Below the pieces are notes generated by a model. It was not told the DNA's origin and did no database searches. It worked only from the letters and a program-made list of their open reading frames with translations. 64,000 bases of DNA from NCBI GenBank assembly GCA_963720755.1, contig CAVRGP010000008.1, positions 32,001-96,000 of the forward strand, read 5' to 3'. The position numbers and the translations under genes were made by a program. Origin of the DNA: an uncultured Chloroflexia bacterium (GTDB lineage: Bacteria; Chloroflexota; Limnocylindria; Limnocylindrales; CSP1-4). This document shows, one piece after another, positions 10,208 through 20,225 of the stretch (positions are counted from its first letter, which is position 1; each line of letters opens with the position of its first letter).

Positions 10208-11110
10208 CTAGCCGATCGGGACGGCGCGTCGATTGACCCGCCGGCGACTGACCTCACCTTCGGGCGTCGGCGTCCGGTGGGCCGTGATCCAGCGCCCGCA
10301 ATCGGGGTCGTGGCCCATCAGGACGTCGGCCGCCATGACCGCCTCCTTGACATCGGCCATCAGCGGGTTGGTGATCGCCGACGTCATCCCCGCGGCGATC
10401 GCCATCGGCAGGAACGCCCCGTTGATCCGTTCGCGGTCGGGCAGGCCGAAGCTGACGTTCGAGGCGCCGCAGGTCGTGTTGACCTTGAGCTCCTCCCGCA
10501 AACGCCGGACCAGCGCGAACACCTGCTGGCCCGCCTGGGCGAGGGCCCCGATGGGCATGACCAGCGGGTCGACGACGATGTCCGACGCGGGGATGCCGTG
10601 ATCCGCCGCCCGTTCCACGATCCGCTTGGCGACGGCGAACCGGACGTCCGGGTCCATGCTGATCCCGGTGTCGTCGTTGCTGATGGCGACGACGGCCGCG
10701 CCGTACTTGCGGACGAGCGGGAGGACCCGCTCCAGGCGTTCCTCCTCACCGGTCACCGAGTTGAGGAGGGGCTTGCCCTGGTAGACCTGCAGGCCGGCCT
10801 CGAGCGCCTCGACGATCGACGAGTCGATCGACAGCGGCAGGTCGGTCAAGCTCTGCACGAGTTGGATGGTCCGGGCGAGGATCGCCGGCTCATCGGCCAG
10901 CGGGATGCCGGCATTGACGTCGAGCATGTGGGCTCCGGCTTCCACCTGGGCAAGGACGTCACGCTCGACCCGGCTGAAATCCCCGGCCTTCATCTCCTCG
11001 GCGAGGAGCTTGCGACCGGTCGGGTTGATCCGCTCGCCGATGATCACGAACGGGCGGTCGAACCCGATGGCGACCTCGCGCGTGGCGGAGGAGAGGACGG
11101 TATCGGTCAT
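10208..11110 (-). CDS. Methyltetrahydrofolate:corrinoid methyltransferase (pterin-binding, AcsE/MtgA-like)
   Basis: IIGERINPTG, LDVNAG, LSIDS, LNSVTGE, DPLV, GASNVSFGLP. Confidence 0.9.
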   Translation of the reverse strand: MTDTVLSSATREVAIGFDRPFVIIGERINPTGRKLLAEEMKAGDFSRVERDVLAQVEAGAHMLDVNAGIPLADEPAILARTIQLVQSLTDLPLSIDSSIVEALEAGLQVYQGKPLLNSVTGEEERLERVLPLVRKYGAAVVAISNDDTGISMDPDVRFAVAKRIVERAADHGIPASDIVVDPLVMPIGALAQAGQQVFALVRRLREELKVNTTCGASNVSFGLPDRERINGAFLPMAIAAGMTSAITNPLMADVKEAVMAADVLMGHDPDCGRWITAHRTPTPEGEVSRRRVNRRAVPIG

Positions 11111-11448
11111 GTCGCGGAGGTCTCCGATGTCGTGGCCGGCGGCAGGACCGGTCCGCCGGCGACACCGCCGGTCTGGATCAGTTCCGCCAGGTGGTGCTTG
11201 GCGTAGTCGGTCTCGAGGCGTTCCGCCTCGGCCCGGACCTCGGCCTCGATGTCCTCACCGCACGGTCGATGGGTCTTGCGCCATTCCTCGATGTAGCTGT
11301 TGTACTCACGTTTCCCGGCCCGGTTGGCCGCCTTGTCGATGGCGACCTGGAACCGGGGGTGCAGGACGATCTTGCTCGACCGGCGACCATCCTTGCCCAC
11401 GACCTGGGCCGGGATGTCACGCCACCAGATGATCGACAGGGTGGCCAT
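11107..11448 (-). CDS. 'Virulence factor' domain small protein typical of corrinoid methyltransferase clusters
   Basis: WWRDIPAQV...RFQVAIDKAA...YIEEWR signature. Confidence 0.75.
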   Translation of the reverse strand: MATLSIIWWRDIPAQVVGKDGRRSSKIVLHPRFQVAIDKAANRAGKREYNSYIEEWRKTHRPCGEDIEAEVRAEAERLETDYAKHHLAELIQTGGVAGGPVLPPATTSETSAT

Positions 11449-11449
11449 G

Positions 11450-12086
11450 TCAGGCGACCTCGGCTGCGGCGACGATGGATGACTCGAGCTCGCCGTATCC
11501 GGTCCTTCGATGCTCGAAGGCCAGGCCGAGGCGCCGTGCGGCGCGACGTGCGGCCACGACGAGCCCCGGATCGTCGGTCTGGGCGAGGTAGACGAGCCGG
11601 TGATAGTTCCCGAAGTAGACCGGCAGCAGTTCCGGGTGCCGGTCGAGCCCGAGTCCGCGGATGACCAGCCGGTCGAAGTTCCGGGCCAGGAAATCGGTCA
11701 GGAAGAAGGTCGCCGGATCGTCGTCGGCGATCGCGTCGAAAGCGGACTTCCCGGCGTAGAACTGGTAGCAGTGGGCCCCTGGCAGTCGCTCGACGCCCTC
11801 CGCGGCCAGCATCACATCGAGCAGGCCGCCGGTCCCACAATCCGCGTAGGCGACGAAGATGTGCTCGTAGGCCGGTCGTGCCTCGTGGATCCTGGCCCGC
11901 ACGAGCGCCGGGATCCCGCCGGGCCGGTTGTGGAGGGTGGCCGGCAGGCAGGTCAGATCGACGTTGTCCAGGCCGGCCTGATCGATGACGGCAACGAGTT
12001 CATTGGCCAGGGCGCCGCAGCCGATGATCAGCACCCGCGAGGGATCCGGCGGGCTCGAGGCGCGAGCGGTCGGAGAATAGGCTCGC

Positions 12087-12097
<11 letters not shown>
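11450..12097 (-). CDS. DUF1638-family protein
   Basis: IGCGAL, CLPATLHNRP, YADCGTGG, GAHCY, FFLTDFL, GNYHRLVYLAQ; start uncertain. Confidence 0.8.
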
Positions 12098-12788
<691 letters not shown>

Positions 12789-12807
12789 CGCTGCCTTCTC
12801 CTGGAGG

Positions 12808-12842
12808 GTTCCACGATGTGGAACCGTACCGTATGATGGAAC
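12808..12842. promoter_or_regulatory. Putative tandem IclR operators
   Basis: GTTCCAC-GAT-GTGGAAC palindrome (12808-12824) plus degenerate GTACCGTATGATGGAAC (12826-12842) in the divergent gap. Confidence 0.65.
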
Positions 12843-12877
12843 TCCCTGAGGGGCGAATCTAGACCACACGAGGCACG

Positions 12878-13630
12878 ATGTCCAGAGTCCAGTCCATCGA
12901 GCGGGCCTTTGCCGTCCTCGGCGCTCTTGCCGATGGACCGATCGGTGTGACTGACCTGGCGGACCGGGTCGGCCTTCCCAAGTCGACGGCCGCTCGATTG
13001 CTCGCCTCGTTGGGCCATGAAGGCGTCGTCGAGCAGGTCCCAGGGGACACGCGCTACCGCCTTGGCCCGCGTCTGGTCACCCTCGCCGCCCGGATCCGCC
13101 CGGCGCGCTCGTTGGCCGCCCTCGCCCGGCCTTCACTCGAGGAGCTCGCCGTCGCCACGGGGGAGGCCGCGGGGCTCAGCGTCGCCGACGGGCTGATGGT
13201 CCACTACATCGATCAAGTGGGCGGTCGCAACCCGGTCTCCGTGCGGGACTGGACCGGCTCGAGGATCCCGCTGCACGCCGTCCCGTCCGGCCAGGTCCTG
13301 CTCGCCCACGCCCGGCCGGCGTTCGTCCAGCGGTATCTCGGCCGGCCGATGGAGCGGTTCACGGACCGGACGCTGACGACGGCCGAGGCGCTGCTCGAGC
13401 GGATGCGAGCGATCCGACGCGACGGCTTCGCGTGGGCGCTCGAGGAATTCGACGAAGGGATCGCGTCCGTCGCGGCGCCGGTCGCCGATGGCTCCGGTGA
13501 GGTCGTGGCGGCCATCCATCTGCACGGCCCGTCGTACCGGTTCCCATCGGCCGGGATGGAGGCCGAGCTCGCGAGTCAGGTCGTCGCCGCAGCGGCGAAC
13601 ATCGCCGGGAACCTGCGCCAGACGGGCTGA
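12878..13630 (+). CDS. IclR-family transcriptional regulator
   Basis: VQSIERAFAVL, GLPKSTAARLL, YRLG, GIASVAAPV, GPSYRF. Confidence 0.95.
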   Translation: MSRVQSIERAFAVLGALADGPIGVTDLADRVGLPKSTAARLLASLGHEGVVEQVPGDTRYRLGPRLVTLAARIRPARSLAALARPSLEELAVATGEAAGLSVADGLMVHYIDQVGGRNPVSVRDWTGSRIPLHAVPSGQVLLAHARPAFVQRYLGRPMERFTDRTLTTAEALLERMRAIRRDGFAWALEEFDEGIASVAAPVADGSGEVVAAIHLHGPSYRFPSAGMEAELASQVVAAAANIAGNLRQTG

Positions 13631-13642
13631 GACCGGCCGGGA

Positions 13643-13692
13643 CGTCACACGACGGTCATCGACGGTTCACGGAATGGTCACGCCATCGACAT
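13643..13692 (+). promoter_or_regulatory. Five 11-bp-period direct repeats (OmpR/PhoB-type box array)
   Basis: GTCAC 13644, GTCAT 13655, TTCAC 13666, GTCAC 13677, GACAT 13688. Confidence 0.6.
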
Positions 13693-13774
13693 CCCCACGA
13701 GACCGTCAGTCGCGAGTCTGGACGGCAGGTCGGGATGGACCCGACCGGACGCGACAGACCCGGAGGACCCGCCC

Positions 13775-14911
13775 ATGCGACGACGATCCACTCTTCTCAC
13801 GCTTGGAGCCAGCGCGCTCCTTGCGATCAGCGCGACCGGCTCGGTGTCGGCTGCGGGAGCCTCAGCCCCGAGCGGTCCCGCAGGCCGCCCCGGGACCGTG
13901 TACACACTCTCCAACCTTGCCGGCGGCAACGCAGTCATCGCCTTCGACCGCGGGGGCGACGGGGCATTGACCCCCGTTGCGACCTATCCGACCGGGGGCC
14001 TCGGTGGGGGCAGTGGGCTTGGCTCGCAGGGCGCCGTGGTCCTCAGCGACGATGGCCGCCTGCTGCTTGCGGTCGATGCCGGGAGCGACGAGATCACGTC
14101 GTTCCGGGTCACCCGCGACGGCTCGCTCCAGTGGGCCGATCGCGTCCCCTCGGGCGGCGACCATCCGATCAGCGTCACGATCCACCACCGGCTCGTCTAC
14201 ATCCTCGACGACGGCGGCGCCGGCAACATCGCCGGCTTCCGGATCGATCGGCGCGGGCATCTCGACGCGATCCCCGGATCGTCTCGTCCGCTCAGCGGGG
14301 CCGGTACCGGGCCCGCCCAGATCGAGTTCACCCCCCAGGGTGATGCGCTCGTCGTCACCGAGAAGGCGACCAACCAGGTCCTGGCCTACCGCGTGGGTCG
14401 TGATGGGACCACGGTCGGTCCCTCGGTCGTGGCATCCGCCGGCGCGACGCCGTTCGGGTTCGCGTTCGACCGAGCGGGCCACGCGATCGTGTCCGAGGCG
14501 ACCGGCGGGGCTCCGGGTGCGAGCACCGTGACGTCCTACGGGATCTCCGGGCGAGCCGCCATCCGGGTCGTCGACGGGCCGCTCGCGACCGGTCAGGGTG
14601 CAGCATGCTGGGTGGCGACGACGCCGAACGGCCGGTTCGCCTACGTCGCCAACACCGGGAGCGCCACGGTCACCGGACTGGCCGTTCGCGGCAACGGGCA
14701 TCTGGAACTGCTCGACGCCGATGGGGCGACCGGGCAGACCGGCGCCGGCCCGACCGACCTGGCAACGACCGCCAACGGGGCGTTCCTGTACGTCCTCAAT
14801 GGTGCCGGTGACTCGATCAGCGCGTTCCGGATCGCCGCCGACGGCAGCCTCGGCTCGCTTCCGGGCGTGACCGGATTGCCGGCCCCCGGGGTCGGGCTCG
14901 CCGTGCGCTGA
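13775..14911 (+). CDS. Secreted lactonase-family beta-propeller protein
   Basis: Signal peptide; VYTLSN, repeated blades (DGRLL, PISVT, PAQIEFTP, ACWVATTPNGRFAYV); GGAGG RBS. Confidence 0.85.
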   Translation: MRRRSTLLTLGASALLAISATGSVSAAGASAPSGPAGRPGTVYTLSNLAGGNAVIAFDRGGDGALTPVATYPTGGLGGGSGLGSQGAVVLSDDGRLLLAVDAGSDEITSFRVTRDGSLQWADRVPSGGDHPISVTIHHRLVYILDDGGAGNIAGFRIDRRGHLDAIPGSSRPLSGAGTGPAQIEFTPQGDALVVTEKATNQVLAYRVGRDGTTVGPSVVASAGATPFGFAFDRAGHAIVSEATGGAPGASTVTSYGISGRAAIRVVDGPLATGQGAACWVATTPNGRFAYVANTGSATVTGLAVRGNGHLELLDADGATGQTGAGPTDLATTANGAFLYVLNGAGDSISAFRIAADGSLGSLPGVTGLPAPGVGLAVR

Positions 14912-14933
14912 CCGTCGGTCTCCTCTCCCTCAC

Positions 14934-14963
14934 CCGGAAGCCCGGCCAGTGCCGGGCTTCCGG
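14934..14963 (+). terminator. Hairpin terminator
   Basis: CCGGAAGCCCGGC-CAGT-GCCGGGCTTCCGG perfect 13-bp stem after stop; no clear U-tract. Confidence 0.6.
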
Positions 14964-15080
14964 CCATCCATCGCGCCCGCGCGAGTCCGACCATCGGTTG
15001 GACCGCCGGCCGGGCCGCATCCTTGACGCCCGGTCGCCGGTCGGGGCAAGCTCGGCCTCGAAGTCAGCAGCGAGGTTCCC

Positions 15081-16550
15081 GTGCCCAGTCTGTTCATCGA
15101 TGGTTCCTGGATCGCCTCGGGCGACGGCACGTGCAGCCCGGTCGTCAACCCGTCGGACGCCACGGTCGTCACCGAGGTGGACGTCGCCACGGACGACCAG
15201 GTCCGAGGGGCGATCGGTGCCGCTCGGCGCGCGTTCGACGACGGTGACTGGCCGCGACGGCCGGCCGCGGAACGGGGCGCTCTCCTGGATCGTGTCGCCG
15301 GGCTGATCGACCGGGATCTCGAGGAGATGGCCCGGCTCGAGACCCTGAACACCGGCAAGGCGATGCGCGAGAGCCGCTGGGACATGAGCGATGTCGCGCG
15401 TGTGTTCCGCTACTACGCCGACCTCGCCGACAAGGATGCGGGTCGCCTGGTGGACACCGGCTCCCCGAACGCCATCAGTCGCATCGTCCACGAGCCGGTC
15501 GGTGTGTGCGCTCTGATCGGGCCATGGAACTACCCACTGCTCCAGATGAGCTGGAAGATCGCGCCGGCGCTGGCGGCCGGCAATACCGCGGTCATGAAGC
15601 CCGCCCAGCTCACACCGCTGACCACGATCCACCTGACGCGCCTCCTCGAGGAGGCCGGTATCCCCGCGGGCGTGGTCAACCTCGTCCTGGGTCCGGGCGG
15701 CCGGGTCGGCCAGGCGCTGGCCGACAGCCCGGACGTCGACCTGATCTCACTCACCGGTGGACTCGAGGCGGGCCGCGCCCTGCTGCACGCCTCCACCGTC
15801 AACCTCAAGCGTGTGGCGCTCGAGATGGGCGGCAAGAGCCCGAACATCGTGTTCGACGACGCCGACTTCGAGACCGCAGTGGACAACGCCTTGACGGCGG
15901 CCTTCACCCACTCCGGCCAGGTCTGCTCGGCCGGCTGCCGGGCGATCGTCCAGGACACGATCTACGATCGGTTCGTCGAGGCGGTCGCGGAACGAGCCGA
16001 CCGGATCCGACTCGGCGTCGGGCTCGACGACGCGACCGAAACCGGCGCACTGATCTCAGCCGACCATCGGGCCAAGGTCGAGGCCCATGTCGCCGGTGCG
16101 CTTGCGGAGGGTGCCCGGCTGGTGGCCGGAGGTCGTCGTCCGGATGAACCTGAGCTCCAGGCCGGCTACTTCTACCGTCCGACCGTGTTCGCCGACGTCT
16201 CGGCCGACATGCGGATCATCCGGGAGGAGGTCTTCGGCCCGGTCCTGACGATCGAACGGTTCACGACGGAGGACGAGGCGATCGCCCTGGGCAACGACAC
16301 GACCTACGGGCTGGCCGGCGCCGTCTGGACCGCCGATGCCGGTCGCGCCGAGCGAGTGGCCGCCCGCCTGCGCCATGGCACGGTCTGGATCAACGACTAC
16401 AACACGTATCTCCCGCAGGCCGAGTGGGGCGGCTACAAGCAGTCCGGGATCGGCCGGGAGTTGGGTCCTTCCGGGCTCGACGAGTACCGCGAGGCGAAGC
16501 ACATCTGGCGGAACACCTCGCCAGGGCCGACCGGCTGGTTCGGCGGCTGA
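15081..16550 (+). CDS. Aldehyde dehydrogenase (betaine-aldehyde/aminoaldehyde DH-like)
   Basis: PWNYP, ALEMGGKSP, GQVCSAG, EEVFGPV, YGLAG, WGGYKQSGIGRELG. Confidence 0.9.
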   Translation: MPSLFIDGSWIASGDGTCSPVVNPSDATVVTEVDVATDDQVRGAIGAARRAFDDGDWPRRPAAERGALLDRVAGLIDRDLEEMARLETLNTGKAMRESRWDMSDVARVFRYYADLADKDAGRLVDTGSPNAISRIVHEPVGVCALIGPWNYPLLQMSWKIAPALAAGNTAVMKPAQLTPLTTIHLTRLLEEAGIPAGVVNLVLGPGGRVGQALADSPDVDLISLTGGLEAGRALLHASTVNLKRVALEMGGKSPNIVFDDADFETAVDNALTAAFTHSGQVCSAGCRAIVQDTIYDRFVEAVAERADRIRLGVGLDDATETGALISADHRAKVEAHVAGALAEGARLVAGGRRPDEPELQAGYFYRPTVFADVSADMRIIREEVFGPVLTIERFTTEDEAIALGNDTTYGLAGAVWTADAGRAERVAARLRHGTVWINDYNTYLPQAEWGGYKQSGIGRELGPSGLDEYREAKHIWRNTSPGPTGWFGG

Positions 16551-16574
16551 CCGCGGGGAGCGGAGCCTGACGTA

Positions 16575-16607
16575 GAACGGCGCCCCGGGGGACCCGAGGC
16601 GCCGTTC
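16575..16607. terminator. Hairpin between convergent genes
   Basis: GAACGGCGCC...GGCGCCGTTC inverted repeat. Confidence 0.55.
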
Positions 16608-16628
16608 CGGTTACCAGCGTGACCGGCG

Positions 16629-18425
16629 CTACTCGGCCGGGATCTCCGAGTGGATGGCATCCAGGTCGACGCCCTGGGAGCGCCGATAGAGCCGCGCGAC
16701 GACATACAGGATGGCCGCCGCGCCGTAGACCACGCCCAGGAAGATGATCGAGTTGGCGTTCCCAACCCCGATCCCGTAGAGCGGATCCGACAACCACAGG
16801 TAGATGACCCAGGCGAGGATGATCGAGGTGATCAAGCCTGCCCCGCTGATGACCACCTTCAGGTGGGCGACCGGCGAGTTGTCGAAGATCGCCGGCTTGT
16901 GCCACGGGAGGATCGTCGCAGCCACGGTGCTGCCCAGGAACGTGACGGCGATGACCAGCGTCGCGTCCAGGGTCAACGCAGCGAAGTCCGTCGAATAAGC
17001 GTAGATCGCGCTGACGATGATCGACGGGATCATGATGAAGAGCAAAGCGATGATCGGGACGGCGCGGCGTTCCGAGACGCGGGCGGCACTCTCGGGCAGG
17101 ATCCGATCGAATGCCGCCGCGAAGATCATCCGGGTGGATGACAGGAACAGCGTCCCGGACCAGCCCAGGAACCAGACCGCGAACAGGACGATCATCCCCA
17201 TCTGGAACAGTGTGTTGTCGATGAGATACGAGGCGAGGAGCGGCGGGTAACTCCAGATCGGGACCGTCGGATCGGTCGTCGTGTAGCCGTAGAACCAGTC
17301 GATGAAGTTGACGTTCGTGGCGTTGAAGAACAGCCAGCCGAACGTATTGGCGGCGAGGAGCACGAAGACGATGGCCAGGCCGGCCGTGACCCAGATGCCA
17401 CCGAGCATGCCGCGCAGGACCTTGCGGAAGTCGCCGGAACCGCGGACTTCGCCGTACAGGGTCGATCCCCAGTTCGGATAGAGGATCCAGAACAGCATGA
17501 ACGGGATCATGGCGAGGGTGGCTGTGAGCGTCGCACCGAGATCGTCACCGAGCGCCAGCGGGTCGAGCGAGCCGGTGAAGCCATCGTTCGCCGCGGCGTC
17601 CGCGATCGTCTGGCTGTAGGCCCCGGAGACCCCGAACAGCGAGTTCGAGGCACGATCGAATGCAGCCTGGAAGTCAGCTTGCGACGAGATGAGCATGAGG
17701 GCGAACATGATGGCCAGCCCGATCAGCCCGGCGTACAGGCACCAGCGCTGGATCCGGGCGTACCCGGCCATGCCCAGGGCGACCAGGCCCGACGTCAGGA
17801 CGATGACGATGATCGATACCGTCAGGGTGCCTTCGGGGGTCGCGAAGAAGTTGACCCCGTCCGTGGACCCGAGCAGGGCCGCCAGGGGCTGGAAGAACTC
17901 GATCTTGAGGATCGCGCCGTAGATCGGCGCCCACAGCGCGAGGATGAACCACCATCCGCTGGCGGCGAGGACGAAACCGATCCCGCCCTTCAGCCGGCCG
18001 ATGAATCCACCGACGATGAGCCCGAGCACCCCCGCCCCGAGCGCGACGGTGCTGTCGAGCCCGACCGCCTGGGCGACCAGGTAGCCGGCGACCGCGCCGA
18101 CGATGGCGCCGACCGCGGTGCCGGGCAGCCCGTCGAGAACGCGGCTCTGCCAGATGTAGTCGCCGCCGGCGCGCGGCATGGCCGCGATGAGGCCGGAATA
18201 GGCGACCGCCAGGAAGGTCACGGCGATCGCCGCGAGGACGATCGAGAGCACCGGCGACGCATCCGGGACGTAGGCGAAGACCGCCAGGCTGTAGAACATG
18301 CCCAGCGTGACGAGGTTGACGGACATGAACGAGTACGTGAACGCGTCGAAGCCGGACCAGCCCTTGACCAGTCCGGTTGCGTTCCTCAGGAACAGTGATG
18401 GCGCCGAAGCCGATTGCGAGGCCAT
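16629..18425 (-). CDS. APC-superfamily amino acid/amine permease
   Basis: FLRNATGLVK, AMPRAGGDY, STRMIFAAAFDRILP, many TM helices; GAGGAGG RBS. Confidence 0.9.
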   Translation of the reverse strand: MASQSASAPSLFLRNATGLVKGWSGFDAFTYSFMSVNLVTLGMFYSLAVFAYVPDASPVLSIVLAAIAVTFLAVAYSGLIAAMPRAGGDYIWQSRVLDGLPGTAVGAIVGAVAGYLVAQAVGLDSTVALGAGVLGLIVGGFIGRLKGGIGFVLAASGWWFILALWAPIYGAILKIEFFQPLAALLGSTDGVNFFATPEGTLTVSIIVIVLTSGLVALGMAGYARIQRWCLYAGLIGLAIMFALMLISSQADFQAAFDRASNSLFGVSGAYSQTIADAAANDGFTGSLDPLALGDDLGATLTATLAMIPFMLFWILYPNWGSTLYGEVRGSGDFRKVLRGMLGGIWVTAGLAIVFVLLAANTFGWLFFNATNVNFIDWFYGYTTTDPTVPIWSYPPLLASYLIDNTLFQMGMIVLFAVWFLGWSGTLFLSSTRMIFAAAFDRILPESAARVSERRAVPIIALLFIMIPSIIVSAIYAYSTDFAALTLDATLVIAVTFLGSTVAATILPWHKPAIFDNSPVAHLKVVISGAGLITSIILAWVIYLWLSDPLYGIGVGNANSIIFLGVVYGAAAILYVVARLYRRSQGVDLDAIHSEIPAE

Positions 18426-18456
18426 GCTTCCCTCCTCACCCCCAAGTCCGTGGTCC

Positions 18457-19395
18457 TTAGCCGTTGATCAGCAGATAGCGCTTCACCTCGCCTTTCTTGA
18501 CATCGAGATCGACGATCGCAGCCTGGAGTACGCCGTCCTCGTACGAACTGCCGGGGTTCACCGCCAGGGTCCGGCCGAGCTTGACCGCTCCCTTGCCTTC
18601 ATGGATGTGGCCGTGCAGCGAAAGCGGCGGCCCGTACGCCAGGATGGACTCGCGTACGGCGCGTGATCCCACCGGGATGAGCGCCTGGCCGCCGGACACG
18701 TAGTTCATGTCGGCATCGAGCTTCGGGGCGCTGTCGAGGTTCGAGCCGTAGGGCGGGGCGTGGAAGTTGAAGATCGCCCGGTGGGGATCGGCGGCCTGGC
18801 TCACCAGCCCGTCGATCCGCTCCCGAAGTTCGGGTTCGGGCAGCTCCCGGAACGTGTTCCAGGGCGTCGGGTTGGCGTAGCCGGTCGAGACGAGGGTGAA
18901 CCCATCCAGCTCGATGGTGTTTCCCTCGCCCAGCTCCAGATGTCTCGCCTGCTCGATGATCGGATCCAGTTCGAAGATGTCGTCATTCGCCGGCGAGACG
19001 ATGCAGCGGATGCCGGTCCCGGTCAGTCGCTCATCGCCGAGCGCCATCCAGCGCTCGACGTTGGCCAGCATCTCCGACTTGAACCGGGTATCGACGAGAT
19101 CCGCATCTGCCGACCAGGCGTCCACCTCGTCGCGGGTCAACCGGACCGGGTAGTAGCCCCGATCGCTGATCCGCTTCTCCATCGCCCGCAGCTCGTCGTC
19201 CGTGGTCAGGACGTAGGACTGGCCCTGCAACTCCAGTTCCCAGTCCGAGCCGTTTGCGACGATGGGGACCATGGCCTTGCCGGTCATGTCGCCGCCCATG
19301 ATCAGGACGTCCGCCTTGTGGAACTTGCCGGCGTTGATGAACTTGCGCCAGCAGATCTCGGAACCGTGGATATCGGTGGCGAAGAAGATCCTCAC
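18457..19395 (-). CDS. Calcineurin-like metallophosphoesterase
   Basis: ATDIHGSE, GGDMTGK, SPANDD, FHAPPY, LHGHIHE, VNPGS; GTG start overlaps NTase stop. Confidence 0.9.
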   Translation of the reverse strand: MRIFFATDIHGSEICWRKFINAGKFHKADVLIMGGDMTGKAMVPIVANGSDWELELQGQSYVLTTDDELRAMEKRISDRGYYPVRLTRDEVDAWSADADLVDTRFKSEMLANVERWMALGDERLTGTGIRCIVSPANDDIFELDPIIEQARHLELGEGNTIELDGFTLVSTGYANPTPWNTFRELPEPELRERIDGLVSQAADPHRAIFNFHAPPYGSNLDSAPKLDADMNYVSGGQALIPVGSRAVRESILAYGPPLSLHGHIHEGKGAVKLGRTLAVNPGSSYEDGVLQAAIVDLDVKKGEVKRYLLING

Positions 19396-20225
19396 GTCGT
19401 CCCGTGTCCCATCTCCTCCGGATCCTGGTACCAGGTCGCCCGTTCGCCGACCCGGGCGCGCAGCCGCCATTTCGTCGACTTGGGCGCGTCGTCGATCGCC
19501 TTCCGGAGGGCGGCGATCTGGTCGCCCGGATCGAACAGGTACGGCCGTCCGTTGGCCAGATCGAGGTCGTCCGGCTCGAGGTCGGTGGCGAGGTACTGGA
19601 CGAGCTTGTCGAGGTTGCCGGTGACGGTCCGCCACCAACCCCAGTCGTTGGACGTGAACTTGAGGATCCTGGGCACGTTGATCGAGCCCAGCCCGTGCCG
19701 CGAGTCAGGCGCACCATCGTTCGGTCCGAGCGGGTGCTCGACCAGGAGGACGAGCGCGTCGAGCACATCCTTCCGGTTGATCTTGACGACCTGGAGCTTG
19801 GACAGGAGGAGTTCGGCCAGCGGGAGGGTCGGGCTGGACACCTCCAGGCGGTCGCTGAAGTCGAAGCGGTGGCACATCTCGAGGCTGTCGACCAGGACGT
19901 CCACGGGACGCTGGCGGGGCACGTCCACGAAGTACGCCTGCTTGCCGCCGAAGAGCGCGTTGTGGCGCTTGTCGGGCGTGTAGCCCTCCGCGCTGAGGAG
20001 CGCGTAGAAGGCCGCGCGGTCCTTGGAGCGAGTCGCGAAGTCGAGATCCACCTCGACGCGGCGCGTTCTTGCGGGCCAGTCCGGGGCGTGGGCACGGATG
20101 GCCATCCCGCCCATGAGTCGGACGAGGAGTCCCTTGCTCTCCGCGACATCGACGACGCGCAACGACTCGGCCAACGGATCCTGCAGCGTCGGCAGATCGC
20201 CGGGGTCGCCAGGGCCAGCAGTCAT
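19392..20225 (-). CDS. Uncharacterised nucleotidyltransferase-superfamily protein
   Basis: LMGGMAI...VDLDFA...VDVLVD (GG, DxD, third D), LLLSKLQ...KDVLD. Confidence 0.75.
   Translation of the reverse strand: MTAGPGDPGDLPTLQDPLAESLRVVDVAESKGLLVRLMGGMAIRAHAPDWPARTRRVEVDLDFATRSKDRAAFYALLSAEGYTPDKRHNALFGGKQAYFVDVPRQRPVDVLVDSLEMCHRFDFSDRLEVSSPTLPLAELLLSKLQVVKINRKDVLDALVLLVEHPLGPNDGAPDSRHGLGSINVPRILKFTSNDWGWWRTVTGNLDKLVQYLATDLEPDDLDLANGRPYLFDPGDQIAALRKAIDDAPKSTKWRLRARVGERATWYQDPEEMGHGTT

Noticed and set aside
7865-11206. 1113-aa + strand ORF, and other long antisense ORFs (e.g. 22553-24427, 30912-32765, 37839-39485)
   Set aside because: Shadow ORFs opposite well-supported genes; Arg/Gly/Pro-rich with no motifs; expected at high GC
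12789-12877. Cobalamin riboswitch before the corrinoid operon
   Set aside because: Gap is only 89 nt and lacks a B12 box
18457-20225. CBASS-like antiphage system
   Set aside because: NTase lacks recognisable CD-NTase features, no effector is present, and the context is metabolic
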